Source: Chloroflexota bacterium
Lineage (GTDB): Bacteria; Chloroflexota; UBA6077; SHYK01
Assembly (NCBI GenBank): GCA_009692845.1
Contig: SHYK01000002.1
Coordinates: forward strand, 193,296-257,295
Length of the DNA: 64,000 nucleotides
Direction: 5' to 3'
Shown: piece by piece, positions 36,273 to 45,615 of the stretch
Position numbering within the stretch: position 1 is the stretch's first letter
How the letters are laid out: each line of letters opens with the position of its first letter
Program-made: the position numbers and the translations under genes
Notes under the pieces: generated by a model
What the model saw: the letters and a program-made list of their open reading frames with translations, nothing else
The model's database searches: none
Told to the model about the DNA's origin: nothing

Positions 36273-37034
36273 CTAGCCGAGCATGGCCTGAATGACCAGG
36301 ATGACCACGGCGCCGGCCGCGGCGGCGAGGACGAGCGTCGGTGCCATGCCCGGCCTCCGGTGTTGGGCTTCGGGCAGGAGGTGGCCGGCGCCGATGGCAA
36401 GGAATACGCCGGCGAAAGCCCCCAGCAGGAGGCCAAGCTGGAACCGTGCCAGGGGCACCTGACTCCCGATCACGACTCCCAGGGCTGGAGCTAAAGCGTC
36501 CAGGATCAAGACCACCCGGGCGATTCGCTGGCTGTTTCCAGCCGCCAGGGCCAATGTAACCACGTTCAACCCGTCCGCGAAGTCGTGCGCTAGGACGGCG
36601 ACCGCGACCAGTATGCCCACGTCGGCGCTCGCACTAAAGCCGAGGCCGATGGCGACGCCGTCCAGCATGCTGTGAAAAATGATCCCAGCCGATTGGGCGA
36701 TGCCGAGCGGGCTTATGGGCGTAGCACCCGCGTCTGGCTCAGGGGCGCCGACCCACCCGCGTTCCCAGCTCCGGGCATGGAGAAGCGCATCGACGGCCGA
36801 GAAAGCCAGGTAGCCGGCAATCATGGCGGTGGCCAGCGGAAGGCGCCCGACGTCATCTCCGATGAGCTCGGCTGCTTCGGGCATCAGGTCGGAAAGCGCG
36901 GTGGCGATGACCATGCCCGCCGCGATCGCCATCAATGGATGGAGGCGGTGCTGGGCGCGCAGTGCTGCGAGGCCGCCAATGATGGTCGAGAAGAAAGGCA
37001 GGATCGCGAAAACAATCAGAAGCGGCTGGTTCAT
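36273..37034 (-). CDS. ZIP family metal transporter
   Basis: 'HSMLDGVAIG', 'AHDFADG', 'LLPEA'; about 8 TM helices; probable ATG at 37034. Confidence 0.88.
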   Translation of the reverse strand: MNQPLLIVFAILPFFSTIIGGLAALRAQHRLHPLMAIAAGMVIATALSDLMPEAAELIGDDVGRLPLATAMIAGYLAFSAVDALLHARSWERGWVGAPEPDAGATPISPLGIAQSAGIIFHSMLDGVAIGLGFSASADVGILVAVAVLAHDFADGLNVVTLALAAGNSQRIARVVLILDALAPALGVVIGSQVPLARFQLGLLLGAFAGVFLAIGAGHLLPEAQHRRPGMAPTLVLAAAAGAVVILVIQAMLG

Positions 37035-37153
37035 GGTAGGAATACGAGCCCGAGTCGCGTCAATAAAATCTCCAACGCCCCTGGAGGCGCCGGAGGATAG
37101 CGCTTGGACGACGCGAAAACCATTGCCCAATCACGCAAGTGCGGGTCGCAGCC

Positions 37154-39505
37154 TTAGCTCCGGACTTCGACTCTGCTGCCGGACTCCGACTTGATGACCT
37201 CTATTCGGGCAGGCATGCGCTCGGCCAGCTCCTTCAAATGGGTAATGACGCAGACCATGCGGTTTTGCGCGCGCAGCGCGTCGAGCGCGTCGGCCGCTCG
37301 ATCCAGGGCCTCCGGGTCGAGGGATCCGAACCCTTCATCGATGATGATGGAGTCCAGCACTATCCGCTGGCTGGCCGCGAGCCCGGGGAGGCTCTCCGCC
37401 ATGGTGAGCGCGAGGGCGAGTGACGCCAGGAAGGTCTCCCCGCCGGAAAGGGTCTTGACCGACCGCGTCTCGTCGCCGTTCCACGTGTCCACGACCTCGA
37501 ATTCCTGGCCGTTGGCCGCGATCTGCAGGCGGTAGCGGGAGGCGGAAAGTGTCTCCAGCACCCGGGACCCGCCTTCGGCGAGCAACTGGAGGGCTTCGCT
37601 CTGGACGAAAGCGCCGAAGCGGTTCGCTTGCATGATCTTGGCCAGGTCGTCGGCCACGTCGAACTTCTTTCCGAGTGCCCCCAGGTCGTGCTGGAACTGC
37701 TGCTTCTGCTCGAGCTTTCCCTGCAAGTCTTCGATGCGCTGGCCAAGCTGGCCCATCCGAGTTTGGGCTTCTCGCCGGGCGGTTTCGGATTCCTGAAGCG
37801 ACGACTGAATTGCTCGCTCCAACGCGGAGCCGGCGTCGAGGCCAGCGAGCTGCTCTCCCCACTCGGTGCCCCTGGCTAAGTCGCGTAGAGCGGCGATGTG
37901 GTCCTGGAGCTCGCCTTCGGAGCGCGTGGCGGAATCCTGGAGTGCCTCCTTCTGCCCCCCGAGGGCATCCAGCCCGGCCTGGGCGCCAGTCAGCCGATCC
38001 GCGAGAGTTTGCATTGCCTGCTGGAGGTTCGCACGCTCCCCGTTTAGTTTGGTAGCCGCGCGCTGCGCGTCCTGCTGCCGCGCCAGCTCGGTGGCGGCCG
38101 TGTCCGCCGACCAGTCGCCATCGGGCAGGGTGCTCGTTAGCTCGGCACTCAGAGTCGCGACTTGGCCGGCCAGGTCGTCCTCGCGCCGCTGCGCCTGTTC
38201 GTGCTTCGTGGCGGCGACCTGATGCTTAGCCCGAACCTGAGCTAGCGCACTTTCCGTCAACTTTTGGGCGGTGCGAATCTCCGCCAGCCTGCCTTGCGCT
38301 TCGTCGAGGTCGGCGCAATCGATATGGGGGAGCTCCCCGATTCGGCCGCCACAGACGGGACAGCTCTCCCCGTCCCGGAGGCCACGCTGGACGACCGCCG
38401 CCGCGTTGGCGGAACCGGCCGCTTCGATCGCGGCGAGAGCGACCTGGCTATCAATGTCCATGGCCAAAAGCTGGGCTGAGAGGCTGGCCTCCTGAGTTAC
38501 ACAGGCCCGTTCGGTTAGCTCGTGGTCGCGCGCCTCTTCCTGGGCTCGTGCCACTGACTGGGTGCTTTCGGCGAGCTGACGGTAGAGGCGGACGGCGATG
38601 GTCAGCGCGGCTAGCTGGTCCGGGTCAAATGAGTTCGCGCAAATCGCGGCGTCAGCCGCGCGCAGCTGTTCCGCGAGTCCCTGGATCTGGGCGTCTCCCT
38701 CCGCAACCAGCGCCCCGGTCTCCTGCTGCTTGGCGGTCACGTCACGCAGCTGGGTTCGAAGCTGGTCGAGCTGGCCCCGCGCCTGGGCTACTGATCGAGC
38801 CAGGTCGCGGGCCGACGAGAGCTCTGCAATCCGGGCGCCGAGGGTGGCCTCCTGGGCCCCGAAGCTTTTGAACTGGCTCTTGCTTTCCTGGATCGCTTCG
38901 GGACTTACCTCGGCGTACACCGTTTGGAGCATCTGCTCGGTCGTCTGAACCCGAGCGTGAAGCTCTCGAGCGCGATCCGACGCCCGCTTGCGGATTCCTT
39001 CGTAAACGTCCAGCTGGAGGAGACCGGCCAGCACCTCGCGGCGTTTGGCCGGGTCGCCAGCTAGAAACTCCTGGAACTGATCCTGCGGAAGCAGCACCGA
39101 GCGGATGAATCCATCGAAGTCGAGCCCAACGATCTTCTCGATCTGGGCGTTGACCTGCGAGGCGCCGCCGTTGATGGGCTTCCAGTCTTCAGCTTCGTAG
39201 CGGTCCAAACGGATCGCGCGTTGCCCAGTTTTCTTGGTCTCCCGAAAGACTCGATAGCGTTCTTCGCCGGCGGCGAATTCCAGCTGGACCCACATCCGAG
39301 CCAGGCCCTGCGAAATACAGGCGCCGATGCTGGTGCCCACCCGCGGCACGCGCCCGTAGAGGGCGTAGGCGATCGCGTCGATGAGGGAGGACTTGCCCGC
39401 CCCGGTGGGCCCGGTGATCGCGAAGAGGTCCAACTCCCTGAAGTCGATGCAGACTTTTTCGCGGAAGGCCGTGAAGCCTTCGAGCTCAATCCGAAGTGGA
39501 CGCAT
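37154..39505 (-). CDS. sbcC: SbcC/Rad50 SMC-family ATPase
   Basis: Walker A 'GPTGAGKS', Q-loop 'LLPQDQF', Zn-hook 'CPVC', 'LSGGE', 'IIIDEGFGSLD', 'ITH'. Confidence 0.95.
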   Translation of the reverse strand: MRPLRIELEGFTAFREKVCIDFRELDLFAITGPTGAGKSSLIDAIAYALYGRVPRVGTSIGACISQGLARMWVQLEFAAGEERYRVFRETKKTGQRAIRLDRYEAEDWKPINGGASQVNAQIEKIVGLDFDGFIRSVLLPQDQFQEFLAGDPAKRREVLAGLLQLDVYEGIRKRASDRARELHARVQTTEQMLQTVYAEVSPEAIQESKSQFKSFGAQEATLGARIAELSSARDLARSVAQARGQLDQLRTQLRDVTAKQQETGALVAEGDAQIQGLAEQLRAADAAICANSFDPDQLAALTIAVRLYRQLAESTQSVARAQEEARDHELTERACVTQEASLSAQLLAMDIDSQVALAAIEAAGSANAAAVVQRGLRDGESCPVCGGRIGELPHIDCADLDEAQGRLAEIRTAQKLTESALAQVRAKHQVAATKHEQAQRREDDLAGQVATLSAELTSTLPDGDWSADTAATELARQQDAQRAATKLNGERANLQQAMQTLADRLTGAQAGLDALGGQKEALQDSATRSEGELQDHIAALRDLARGTEWGEQLAGLDAGSALERAIQSSLQESETARREAQTRMGQLGQRIEDLQGKLEQKQQFQHDLGALGKKFDVADDLAKIMQANRFGAFVQSEALQLLAEGGSRVLETLSASRYRLQIAANGQEFEVVDTWNGDETRSVKTLSGGETFLASLALALTMAESLPGLAASQRIVLDSIIIDEGFGSLDPEALDRAADALDALRAQNRMVCVITHLKELAERMPARIEVIKSESGSRVEVRS

Positions 39506-40703
39506 TCATCTCCTCGTGCAAGAGCTCGCGGAAGAGCTGGAGCGTCCCCGGTGTCGGCTCGTGTGCTCGACCCAGGGAGCTGCGGTAGAAAGCGTCGAAC
39601 AGCTGCTCGGGCCCCAGAGTGGCCAGGGGAGGCTGCCCACCCGGCCGCTCAGCGTTGTGGCGCACGCGTTCGACGTGGACAGCGTGGGGAAGGTGCGCCC
39701 GCACGACTTCGGGCAGGTTGGCGAGGGGCTCTTCGACCTCGATGAAGACCCGCAGCCAGGCGTCGCCGACTTCGTCGGCCCAGCTGGCCAGCTCGCTGAG
39801 GTGAACCCCGTGCTGGCTCGTACCGACGTCCAGCATGGCGCGCCCCGCGGTCATGGGGAGCTGAGTGACGTCAGCCGACTGGCCGGGGTGGACCTCGACG
39901 AGATTGACGAACTTCTCCTGGCGCGCCTCGCCGAAGTCCTGCTGGATGGGCGAGCCGGAGTACCAGGCGGGCGGCGAGGGCCAGACCCGTTGCGGCCGGT
40001 GAACGTGCCCGAGGGCGATGTAGCTGGGAACGGTGTAGCTCGAGTTCGACTGGGTCGGAAGCATTTGGCGGGCGAGTCCATAAATCCCCTGGGATACGGT
40101 TATCTCGCGCTCCCCGCCGTCCTGGCCCACCACCGACTCATCCACAAAAAGATGCGCCATCAGGATGTTGATCGTGCTGGGGCCGAAGTCCCGGCAAAGG
40201 GCGTCAAGACCGAGTTTGACTCGCTCAGCGTACTGGGTGAGGCTTTTCGCAGACTCCGCCGGGAGCATGGCGAAGTCGATTGCGTCGCGATCCAGCACCC
40301 AGGGCAGCGCGGCTACGACCGCCGTCTCTCCGCCGTCGCGGGAGGGAATCACCACCACCCCACCCTGGTCGGGGCCCACCGGGTGGCCAATGGCGTGGAC
40401 GTTCAGGGCCTTGAGGAGCGGAGCTACGGCATCGATCCGCCGAGGGTGGTCGTGATTGCCTGCGATCACCACCGCGGGAACGCGGAGGGCATGGAGCCCA
40501 GTGAAGAACTGGTAGGCGAGGCGTTCGGACTCGGGCGCGGGGGTTGAAGTGTCGAAAAGATCGCCGGCAACGAGCACGCAATCCACAGCGTGCCGCTCAG
40601 CGTGCTCGAGCATCTGATCGAGCATTGCTTGATGCTCGACCTCGCGGCTGTGCCCCCGGACGGTGCGACCCAGGTGCCAGTCGGCGGTGTGGAGAAATTT
40701 CAT
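39486..40703 (-). CDS. sbcD: SbcD/Mre11 nuclease
   Basis: 'HTADWHLG', 'AGDLFD', 'AGNHD', 'ALGHVH', 'YSGSP..QDFGE'. Confidence 0.95.
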   Translation of the reverse strand: MKFLHTADWHLGRTVRGHSREVEHQAMLDQMLEHAERHAVDCVLVAGDLFDTSTPAPESERLAYQFFTGLHALRVPAVVIAGNHDHPRRIDAVAPLLKALNVHAIGHPVGPDQGGVVVIPSRDGGETAVVAALPWVLDRDAIDFAMLPAESAKSLTQYAERVKLGLDALCRDFGPSTINILMAHLFVDESVVGQDGGEREITVSQGIYGLARQMLPTQSNSSYTVPSYIALGHVHRPQRVWPSPPAWYSGSPIQQDFGEARQEKFVNLVEVHPGQSADVTQLPMTAGRAMLDVGTSQHGVHLSELASWADEVGDAWLRVFIEVEEPLANLPEVVRAHLPHAVHVERVRHNAERPGGQPPLATLGPEQLFDAFYRSSLGRAHEPTPGTLQLFRELLHEEMNASTSD

Positions 40704-42451
40704 GAGTTGCGAAAGATGAACGGGATATCGCCATCGGTCGGCACGGACGCGGCTTCGTCTGAGCGCGTCGCCCAGGCCGGGAAAGGGAACTGGACCATCA
40801 GGGGCACGGGAACGTCGGGCTGGGAGAGGAACATGCTGCCTGGCTTGAGCAGCGCTGACCGCGCCCTCGCCTGGGGGGTCAGATACCCATATTCATCGCG
40901 CTGGCCTTCGGCCGTGTCCAAACGCCCGACCACCCGAAAAGAAGCATTCGCTGTGATTCGTCGCTCGATCTCGCTAGCCGTCTGCTGCGCGCCGATGAGG
41001 ACGACTCCGAGGCTGCGTCCACGCTCAGCAATGTCAAGCAGGACGTCTTTGATGGGGCTGCGGCCGTCCCGAGGGGCGTACTTGTTGAGCTCATCCAACA
41101 CCAGGAAGACGAGGGGATCAGGGCTCGCCTGGTGCTCCTTGTCTTCCATCAGCCGCTTGACGACCACCCCAACCACGAAACGCTTGGCTCGCTCGTTGAG
41201 GCGGCTAATGTCGATAACGCTGATCTGCTTGTCCGCCCAATCGAATCGGTGGTCCTTCGCCTCGGATTCGCGCTCTCCTCGGATCAAGTCCCCGACCCCC
41301 AGCGCGGCTCCGTGGAGGCGTCGGTTGAACGCGCCGAGCGTGCTCTCGGCGGCATGCTGTGCGATCTGCGCCACGTGTTCGGTGAGGTAGTCCACCAGGT
41401 CGTCGAAGTCGTTCACGCGTTTGTCGCCGAACCGAACCCAGGGCGCGTCGGGGCTGGCATCCTTGGTTGCATCCTCGAGGTGCCGTTCCACTAAACCGAT
41501 GACGTAGGAGAGTTGGCTGGACTCGTCGTCGGTCTCGGTGAAGAGAAAGCCCAGCAGGCGCTCGCGACAGAACTCTCGCAGCGTCCAGTAGTACGACGAG
41601 ACGCCCTGGCGCAGGTTCCCGGTGGCCGGGAGCGCGGCGGCGCCTTTGGCCGGCGCCCACAGTCCGACGCTCCGAAACGGCTGAACGGGTAATCCGAGCG
41701 CTTCGTACTTCGTCCGGGCGAGCGGGTCTTTCTCATCCAGGCGCGAGTTGGGTCGATCCAGCCAGAGGAGGTCTTCGCCCTTCACGTTGAAGACGATGGC
41801 GTGGGCAGCGCGTCCGTTGCTGAACGCCCCGCCGTGAAACAGTCCGTACAGCAGAAAGAGCGCGTAGCTCGTCTTGGTGGCCACCCCAGAGATGCCCGAG
41901 ATATTGACGTGCGCCCCGCTGGTGCCGTCGAGAAAATCGAGATTGCCATAGATGGGCTGGCCGTCCCGCGAGAGGCCGGCCGGGAAGCGGTGCTTCATCT
42001 GGTCGAAGTACAACGCGACCTTGCGGTCTTCCTCATTGGCACGCCGCACCGGCCGTCCGGGGCGGGGCGGGATGAAGACCTCCGGCTCGATCCGGGTCAC
42101 GGCGACGTGGGCGATCGTGGAGAGCCCCACCGGAAGCTGGCCATCTTCGACGCGGAAGACGTCGGAGTGAAAGCTTGCACCTTCGTAGGCCGAGCGCACC
42201 TCGTCGACCACGCCGTAGTGCATGACCTCTATTTTACCATCGGCCAGCGGCTCGGGAAGGGTGGTGGGCACCGCTATCACATCGTCTAGCTGTAAGTACC
42301 GGTCGTCATCAACGGCAACCCAGAAGTCGAGCGGTTGCGAGTCGCGAGTGCCCAGGACTTTGCCGGACTCCGGTAGGGGATGGCCCGCCGCCAAAGGTGG
42401 AGGCGGACCTTCGGGTTTTCCAACTGGATCCTGTCCCCGGTCGCCCGTCAC
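40700..42451 (-). CDS. herA: HerA-family ATPase/DNA translocase
   Basis: N-terminal HAS-barrel-like region, variant Walker A 'SGISGVATKT', 'FNVKGEDL', Walker B 'LVLDELNKY', 'RGRSLG', 'GAQQ'; probable GTG at 42451 overlapping the nurA stop. Confidence 0.9.
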   Translation of the reverse strand: MTGDRGQDPVGKPEGPPPPLAAGHPLPESGKVLGTRDSQPLDFWVAVDDDRYLQLDDVIAVPTTLPEPLADGKIEVMHYGVVDEVRSAYEGASFHSDVFRVEDGQLPVGLSTIAHVAVTRIEPEVFIPPRPGRPVRRANEEDRKVALYFDQMKHRFPAGLSRDGQPIYGNLDFLDGTSGAHVNISGISGVATKTSYALFLLYGLFHGGAFSNGRAAHAIVFNVKGEDLLWLDRPNSRLDEKDPLARTKYEALGLPVQPFRSVGLWAPAKGAAALPATGNLRQGVSSYYWTLREFCRERLLGFLFTETDDESSQLSYVIGLVERHLEDATKDASPDAPWVRFGDKRVNDFDDLVDYLTEHVAQIAQHAAESTLGAFNRRLHGAALGVGDLIRGERESEAKDHRFDWADKQISVIDISRLNERAKRFVVGVVVKRLMEDKEHQASPDPLVFLVLDELNKYAPRDGRSPIKDVLLDIAERGRSLGVVLIGAQQTASEIERRITANASFRVVGRLDTAEGQRDEYGYLTPQARARSALLKPGSMFLSQPDVPVPLMVQFPFPAWATRSDEAASVPTDGDIPFIFRNS

Positions 42452-43437
42452 GAAGCTGCCTGCTGGAAAAGGTATTGCTCGATCGCTCGTCTCACCCATG
42501 CGGGGTCTCCCATCTCGTGGCGCAGGCGGGTTTCCAGACCGCCAATTGGCAGCAGGTTTTGAGGCGCGCGCGGGTCACGCTCGCGCGGCGACGCAAAGTC
42601 GGGCAGATAGAGGGTCGTTTGGTCGGCCAGTTCTTTCGCGCGCTCAATCCCGATTTCCGCGACCGTCTCCAGCCGCACGACCCCGGCCAGCGAATGGTCG
42701 ATGGCACGGGGATTGGTGAGCCGGAGATACCAGGAGTAGCGGCTGGTGCGTCCGAGGATCAAGAAGAGCGGCGAGCGTTCTCGGGCCCGAAGCTGGGGGA
42801 GAATTGGGGCGCACTCCGGGGGCAAGTACCGACGGTGAATCGTCTTCATGTAACCAACGAGGTCGGTGTGGGGGGTAGGAAACAAGCGCAATGGGCCGTC
42901 CATCACGACCAGGGGTTCGCCGCGGGCGATCAGCCGCTGGCCGAATTGCGTCTCCAAGTCCCGCCGCTGGCTATCGATGGCGTCGCGCACCCCTTCAAGA
43001 GCCGGTTTTTTGGAGGGTCTCGGAATGAATTTCAAATCCTGCGACCCACCGTGAATCGTGAGTGGCTCTACCGCCGCTCCGCCCAGGGCGGCAAAGAGCC
43101 GCTGCCCGTCGCCCAGTGCGAGGGTCCGATGCACCAGTGGCTCTTCGAAGGTCATGGCGGTGTGCTCGGCCCTCACGGCCCCAATGGCGAGGGTGGCCAT
43201 TACGCCGAAGAACGTCTCGCCCTCTTCCTCCAGGGTTACGTGGGCCTCTAGTCGCTGGGTCCCATCCACGAATGCGATGGAGCGCGGCCGCGGCAACGGA
43301 TTCGGGGTGATTGGGCGCCACTCGGTGGGGGCCATTTCGACCGTGACGTCCACGTCAGGCTGGCTCTCGACCTCGTCCTCCGTCTGCACGGCGGCGCCGT
43401 AGTCGGTCGCCCAGGGGTCGATTCGGAGTCGCACCAA
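42448..43437 (-). CDS. nurA: NurA-family 5'-3' nuclease
   Basis: Catalytic 'AFVDG' and 'VMDGPL', 'GYMK', 'RYSWYLRL', 'PQNLLPIGGLE'; directly upstream of herA. Confidence 0.85.
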   Translation of the reverse strand: MVRLRIDPWATDYGAAVQTEDEVESQPDVDVTVEMAPTEWRPITPNPLPRPRSIAFVDGTQRLEAHVTLEEEGETFFGVMATLAIGAVRAEHTAMTFEEPLVHRTLALGDGQRLFAALGGAAVEPLTIHGGSQDLKFIPRPSKKPALEGVRDAIDSQRRDLETQFGQRLIARGEPLVVMDGPLRLFPTPHTDLVGYMKTIHRRYLPPECAPILPQLRARERSPLFLILGRTSRYSWYLRLTNPRAIDHSLAGVVRLETVAEIGIERAKELADQTTLYLPDFASPRERDPRAPQNLLPIGGLETRLRHEMGDPAWVRRAIEQYLFQQAAS

Positions 43438-43480
43438 TGCTCCCTGTTGACGCGCTGAAGGCGTCTATAGCAGGGACTTT

Positions 43481-43494
43481 AGCACAAAGGTTCG
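43481..43494 (-). promoter_or_regulatory. Candidate LexA (GAAC-N4-GTTC type) SOS box upstream of nurA
   Basis: Minus strand CGAAC-CTTT-GTGCT overlapping an extended -10-like TGC-TAAAGT. Confidence 0.5.
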
Positions 43495-43538
43495 ATAGAT
43501 TTGGAGAGTGCCGGTTGACGCTTTGGCACGGATGGGGG

Positions 43539-44054
43539 TTAGTCCCGCAGCGTGGTCTCTAACTCGATGGAGAGGTGAATCGCGTCGGCGGCCATGAACA
43601 CGCCTTCGACCAGGGTTGTGCTGATCCCGTAGTCCGATCTCCGAATCGCGATCTGAGCCGAGAAGCCCCGGTGGGTGATTCCGCGTTGGTCGGTCAGTTC
43701 GCCGTTGATTGTTGTCAGCAAGCGCACTTCGTGCGTGGCTCCGTGCAAGGTGAGGCTGCCGACGATCACGTATCGGCTTCCCTCCTGCTCTATCGCGGAG
43801 CTGCGAAAGTCAATGGTGGGAAAGCGCGCAACGTCGAGGTAAATGTCGCCCCGGAGGGTGTCGTCCCGCCGCTCGTTACCGGTGTCAATGCTGGTGGCGT
43901 CGATGACGGCGGTGACGCTCGAGCGAGTCAAATCCTCATCGTCGATGCTCAAGGCGACCTCCGCCCGGTTGAAACGGCCTTTGATTATTGAGAGGCCGAG
44001 ATGGCGGTTATCAAAAGCGATGACGGAGTGGTTCCCGTCGTAAACCCACGGCAT
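43539..44054 (-). CDS. YceI family protein
   Basis: 'HS.IAF..RHLG.S..KGRF', 'SIDTGNERRD..LR', 'GSLTLHGAT', 'IRRSDYGI'; probable ATG at 44054. Confidence 0.9.
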   Translation of the reverse strand: MPWVYDGNHSVIAFDNRHLGLSIIKGRFNRAEVALSIDDEDLTRSSVTAVIDATSIDTGNERRDDTLRGDIYLDVARFPTIDFRSSAIEQEGSRYVIVGSLTLHGATHEVRLLTTINGELTDQRGITHRGFSAQIAIRRSDYGISTTLVEGVFMAADAIHLSIELETTLRD

Positions 44055-44103
44055 CAGTACGTTCAACCCCCCCCGGTGGAGAAGATATTGCGTCCGCGAC
44101 GAG

Positions 44104-45498
44104 TCACGGCACTCGTCCAATTCCGCCTGGCTGAGCGCCCAGGCCCCGAAGCGCAGCTATGACTGAGGCGTCCTCCTCGGGGGCCACCGTGCGGAGGTCG
44201 AGCACAACCCGGTCGTCGGCGATGCGAGCCACGATCGGTGGGTCGCCCGCGCGGAACCGGGCAGCGATTTCCTGGACCGTCTGGGGGGGCGGCGCAATAG
44301 CCAGGCCGTAGCTGGGCAATGTCTCGCCGGGGAGCGAGCCGCCTCCCACGGTGGCGGCGGTGGGCAGCACAGTCAGCCAGTCGAAGGGCGCCGCGCGAAG
44401 TATTGCCGCCGCTCGCACCTCGAGTGCCCCGACGGTCTCGGCGATCATTCGCCATACCGGAATCTCGCGGTCTGCCTCCTGTCGCTCGTAATGGGTCAGC
44501 GTGGCGTGGAGGGTGGCGAGCGTCGTTTTGTCCGGCCGGAACGCTCGGGTGAGCGGATGGCTGCGCAGGGTGGCCACCGCAGCAGCCTTCCCCACAATGA
44601 TGCCGGCCTGCGGACCACCCAGGAGCTTGTCCCCGCTGAAGCAAACCAGGTCCGCGCCGTCCCCGATGCATTCCTGGACCATGGGCTCATGGGCAAGTCC
44701 GTAGCGCTCGGTCGCGAGCAGCGAGCCACTTCCGAGATCGTCCACTACCCGCAAACCCCTGGTTCCCGCGAGCTCGACCATCTCCAGAAGGCTGGTCTCA
44801 TGCACGAAACCGGTGATCTGGAAGTTGCTCGCATGGACTCGGAGCAGCAGGCGGGTTTCATCGGTGATGGCACTCGCATAGTCGCCAATGTAGGTCCGAT
44901 TGGTCGTGCCGACCTCCACCAGGTGGGTACCGCTCTGGCGGAGGACGTCCGGGATGCGGAAGCCGCCACCAATCTCAACCAGCTGGCTCCGCGAGATGAT
45001 TACCTCTCTCATCTCGGCCAGCGCTGCTAGCGCCAGGAGCACCGCGCTGGCATTGTTGTTTACGATCAGGCTCGCCTCAGCGCCGGTCAGCCGCTGTAGC
45101 AGGGGGGTCAGATGCTCGTGCCGCGAACCTCGCTCCCCGGCCTCCAGGTCATATTCCAGGTTGCTATACCCGGCCGCGACGGCTTCCATCGCCTGCCGGG
45201 CGGCTCTGCTCAGGGGAGCGCGACCGAGATTCGTGTGGAGAATCACTCCAGTGGCATTGATGACGGGCCGCAGTGACGGTCGCATCTGCGAGCCCAGCCG
45301 GTCGTTTGCTTGTGCCACGAGATGTTCGTCGCTGAGGAGTGCGAGGCCCCCGTTGGTCCCGGCCCGGGCCTCGGCGAGCGTGGCCCGCAATGCATCGACA
45401 ACCAAATGTCGGGGGTAGCTTTCCAACAGCGAGCGCGCTTCGGAGGCCTGTAAGAGGCGATCCAGGCTGGGGATGGATCGTCGCGCGTCATCAGGCAC
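44104..45498 (-). CDS. selA: L-seryl-tRNA(Sec) selenium transferase
   Basis: 'VINATGVILHTNLGRAP', 'VNNNASA', 'VEIGGGFRIP', 'DLGSG', PLP Lys in 'FSGDKLLGGPQAG'. Confidence 0.96.
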   Translation of the reverse strand: MPDDARRSIPSLDRLLQASEARSLLESYPRHLVVDALRATLAEARAGTNGGLALLSDEHLVAQANDRLGSQMRPSLRPVINATGVILHTNLGRAPLSRAARQAMEAVAAGYSNLEYDLEAGERGSRHEHLTPLLQRLTGAEASLIVNNNASAVLLALAALAEMREVIISRSQLVEIGGGFRIPDVLRQSGTHLVEVGTTNRTYIGDYASAITDETRLLLRVHASNFQITGFVHETSLLEMVELAGTRGLRVVDDLGSGSLLATERYGLAHEPMVQECIGDGADLVCFSGDKLLGGPQAGIIVGKAAAVATLRSHPLTRAFRPDKTTLATLHATLTHYERQEADREIPVWRMIAETVGALEVRAAAILRAAPFDWLTVLPTAATVGGGSLPGETLPSYGLAIAPPPQTVQEIAARFRAGDPPIVARIADDRVVLDLRTVAPEEDASVIAALRGLGAQPGGIGRVP

Positions 45499-45615
45499 TG
45501 CTTGGCTGGTCGTGTTGGACTCCTATCTCAAAGCTAAGCGCAACCATAGGGGTTGGCGCTCGCGGTGCGCAACGCCCAATCGGGCACCCTGGTTTTGACG
45601 CCCTATACTCTTGCC

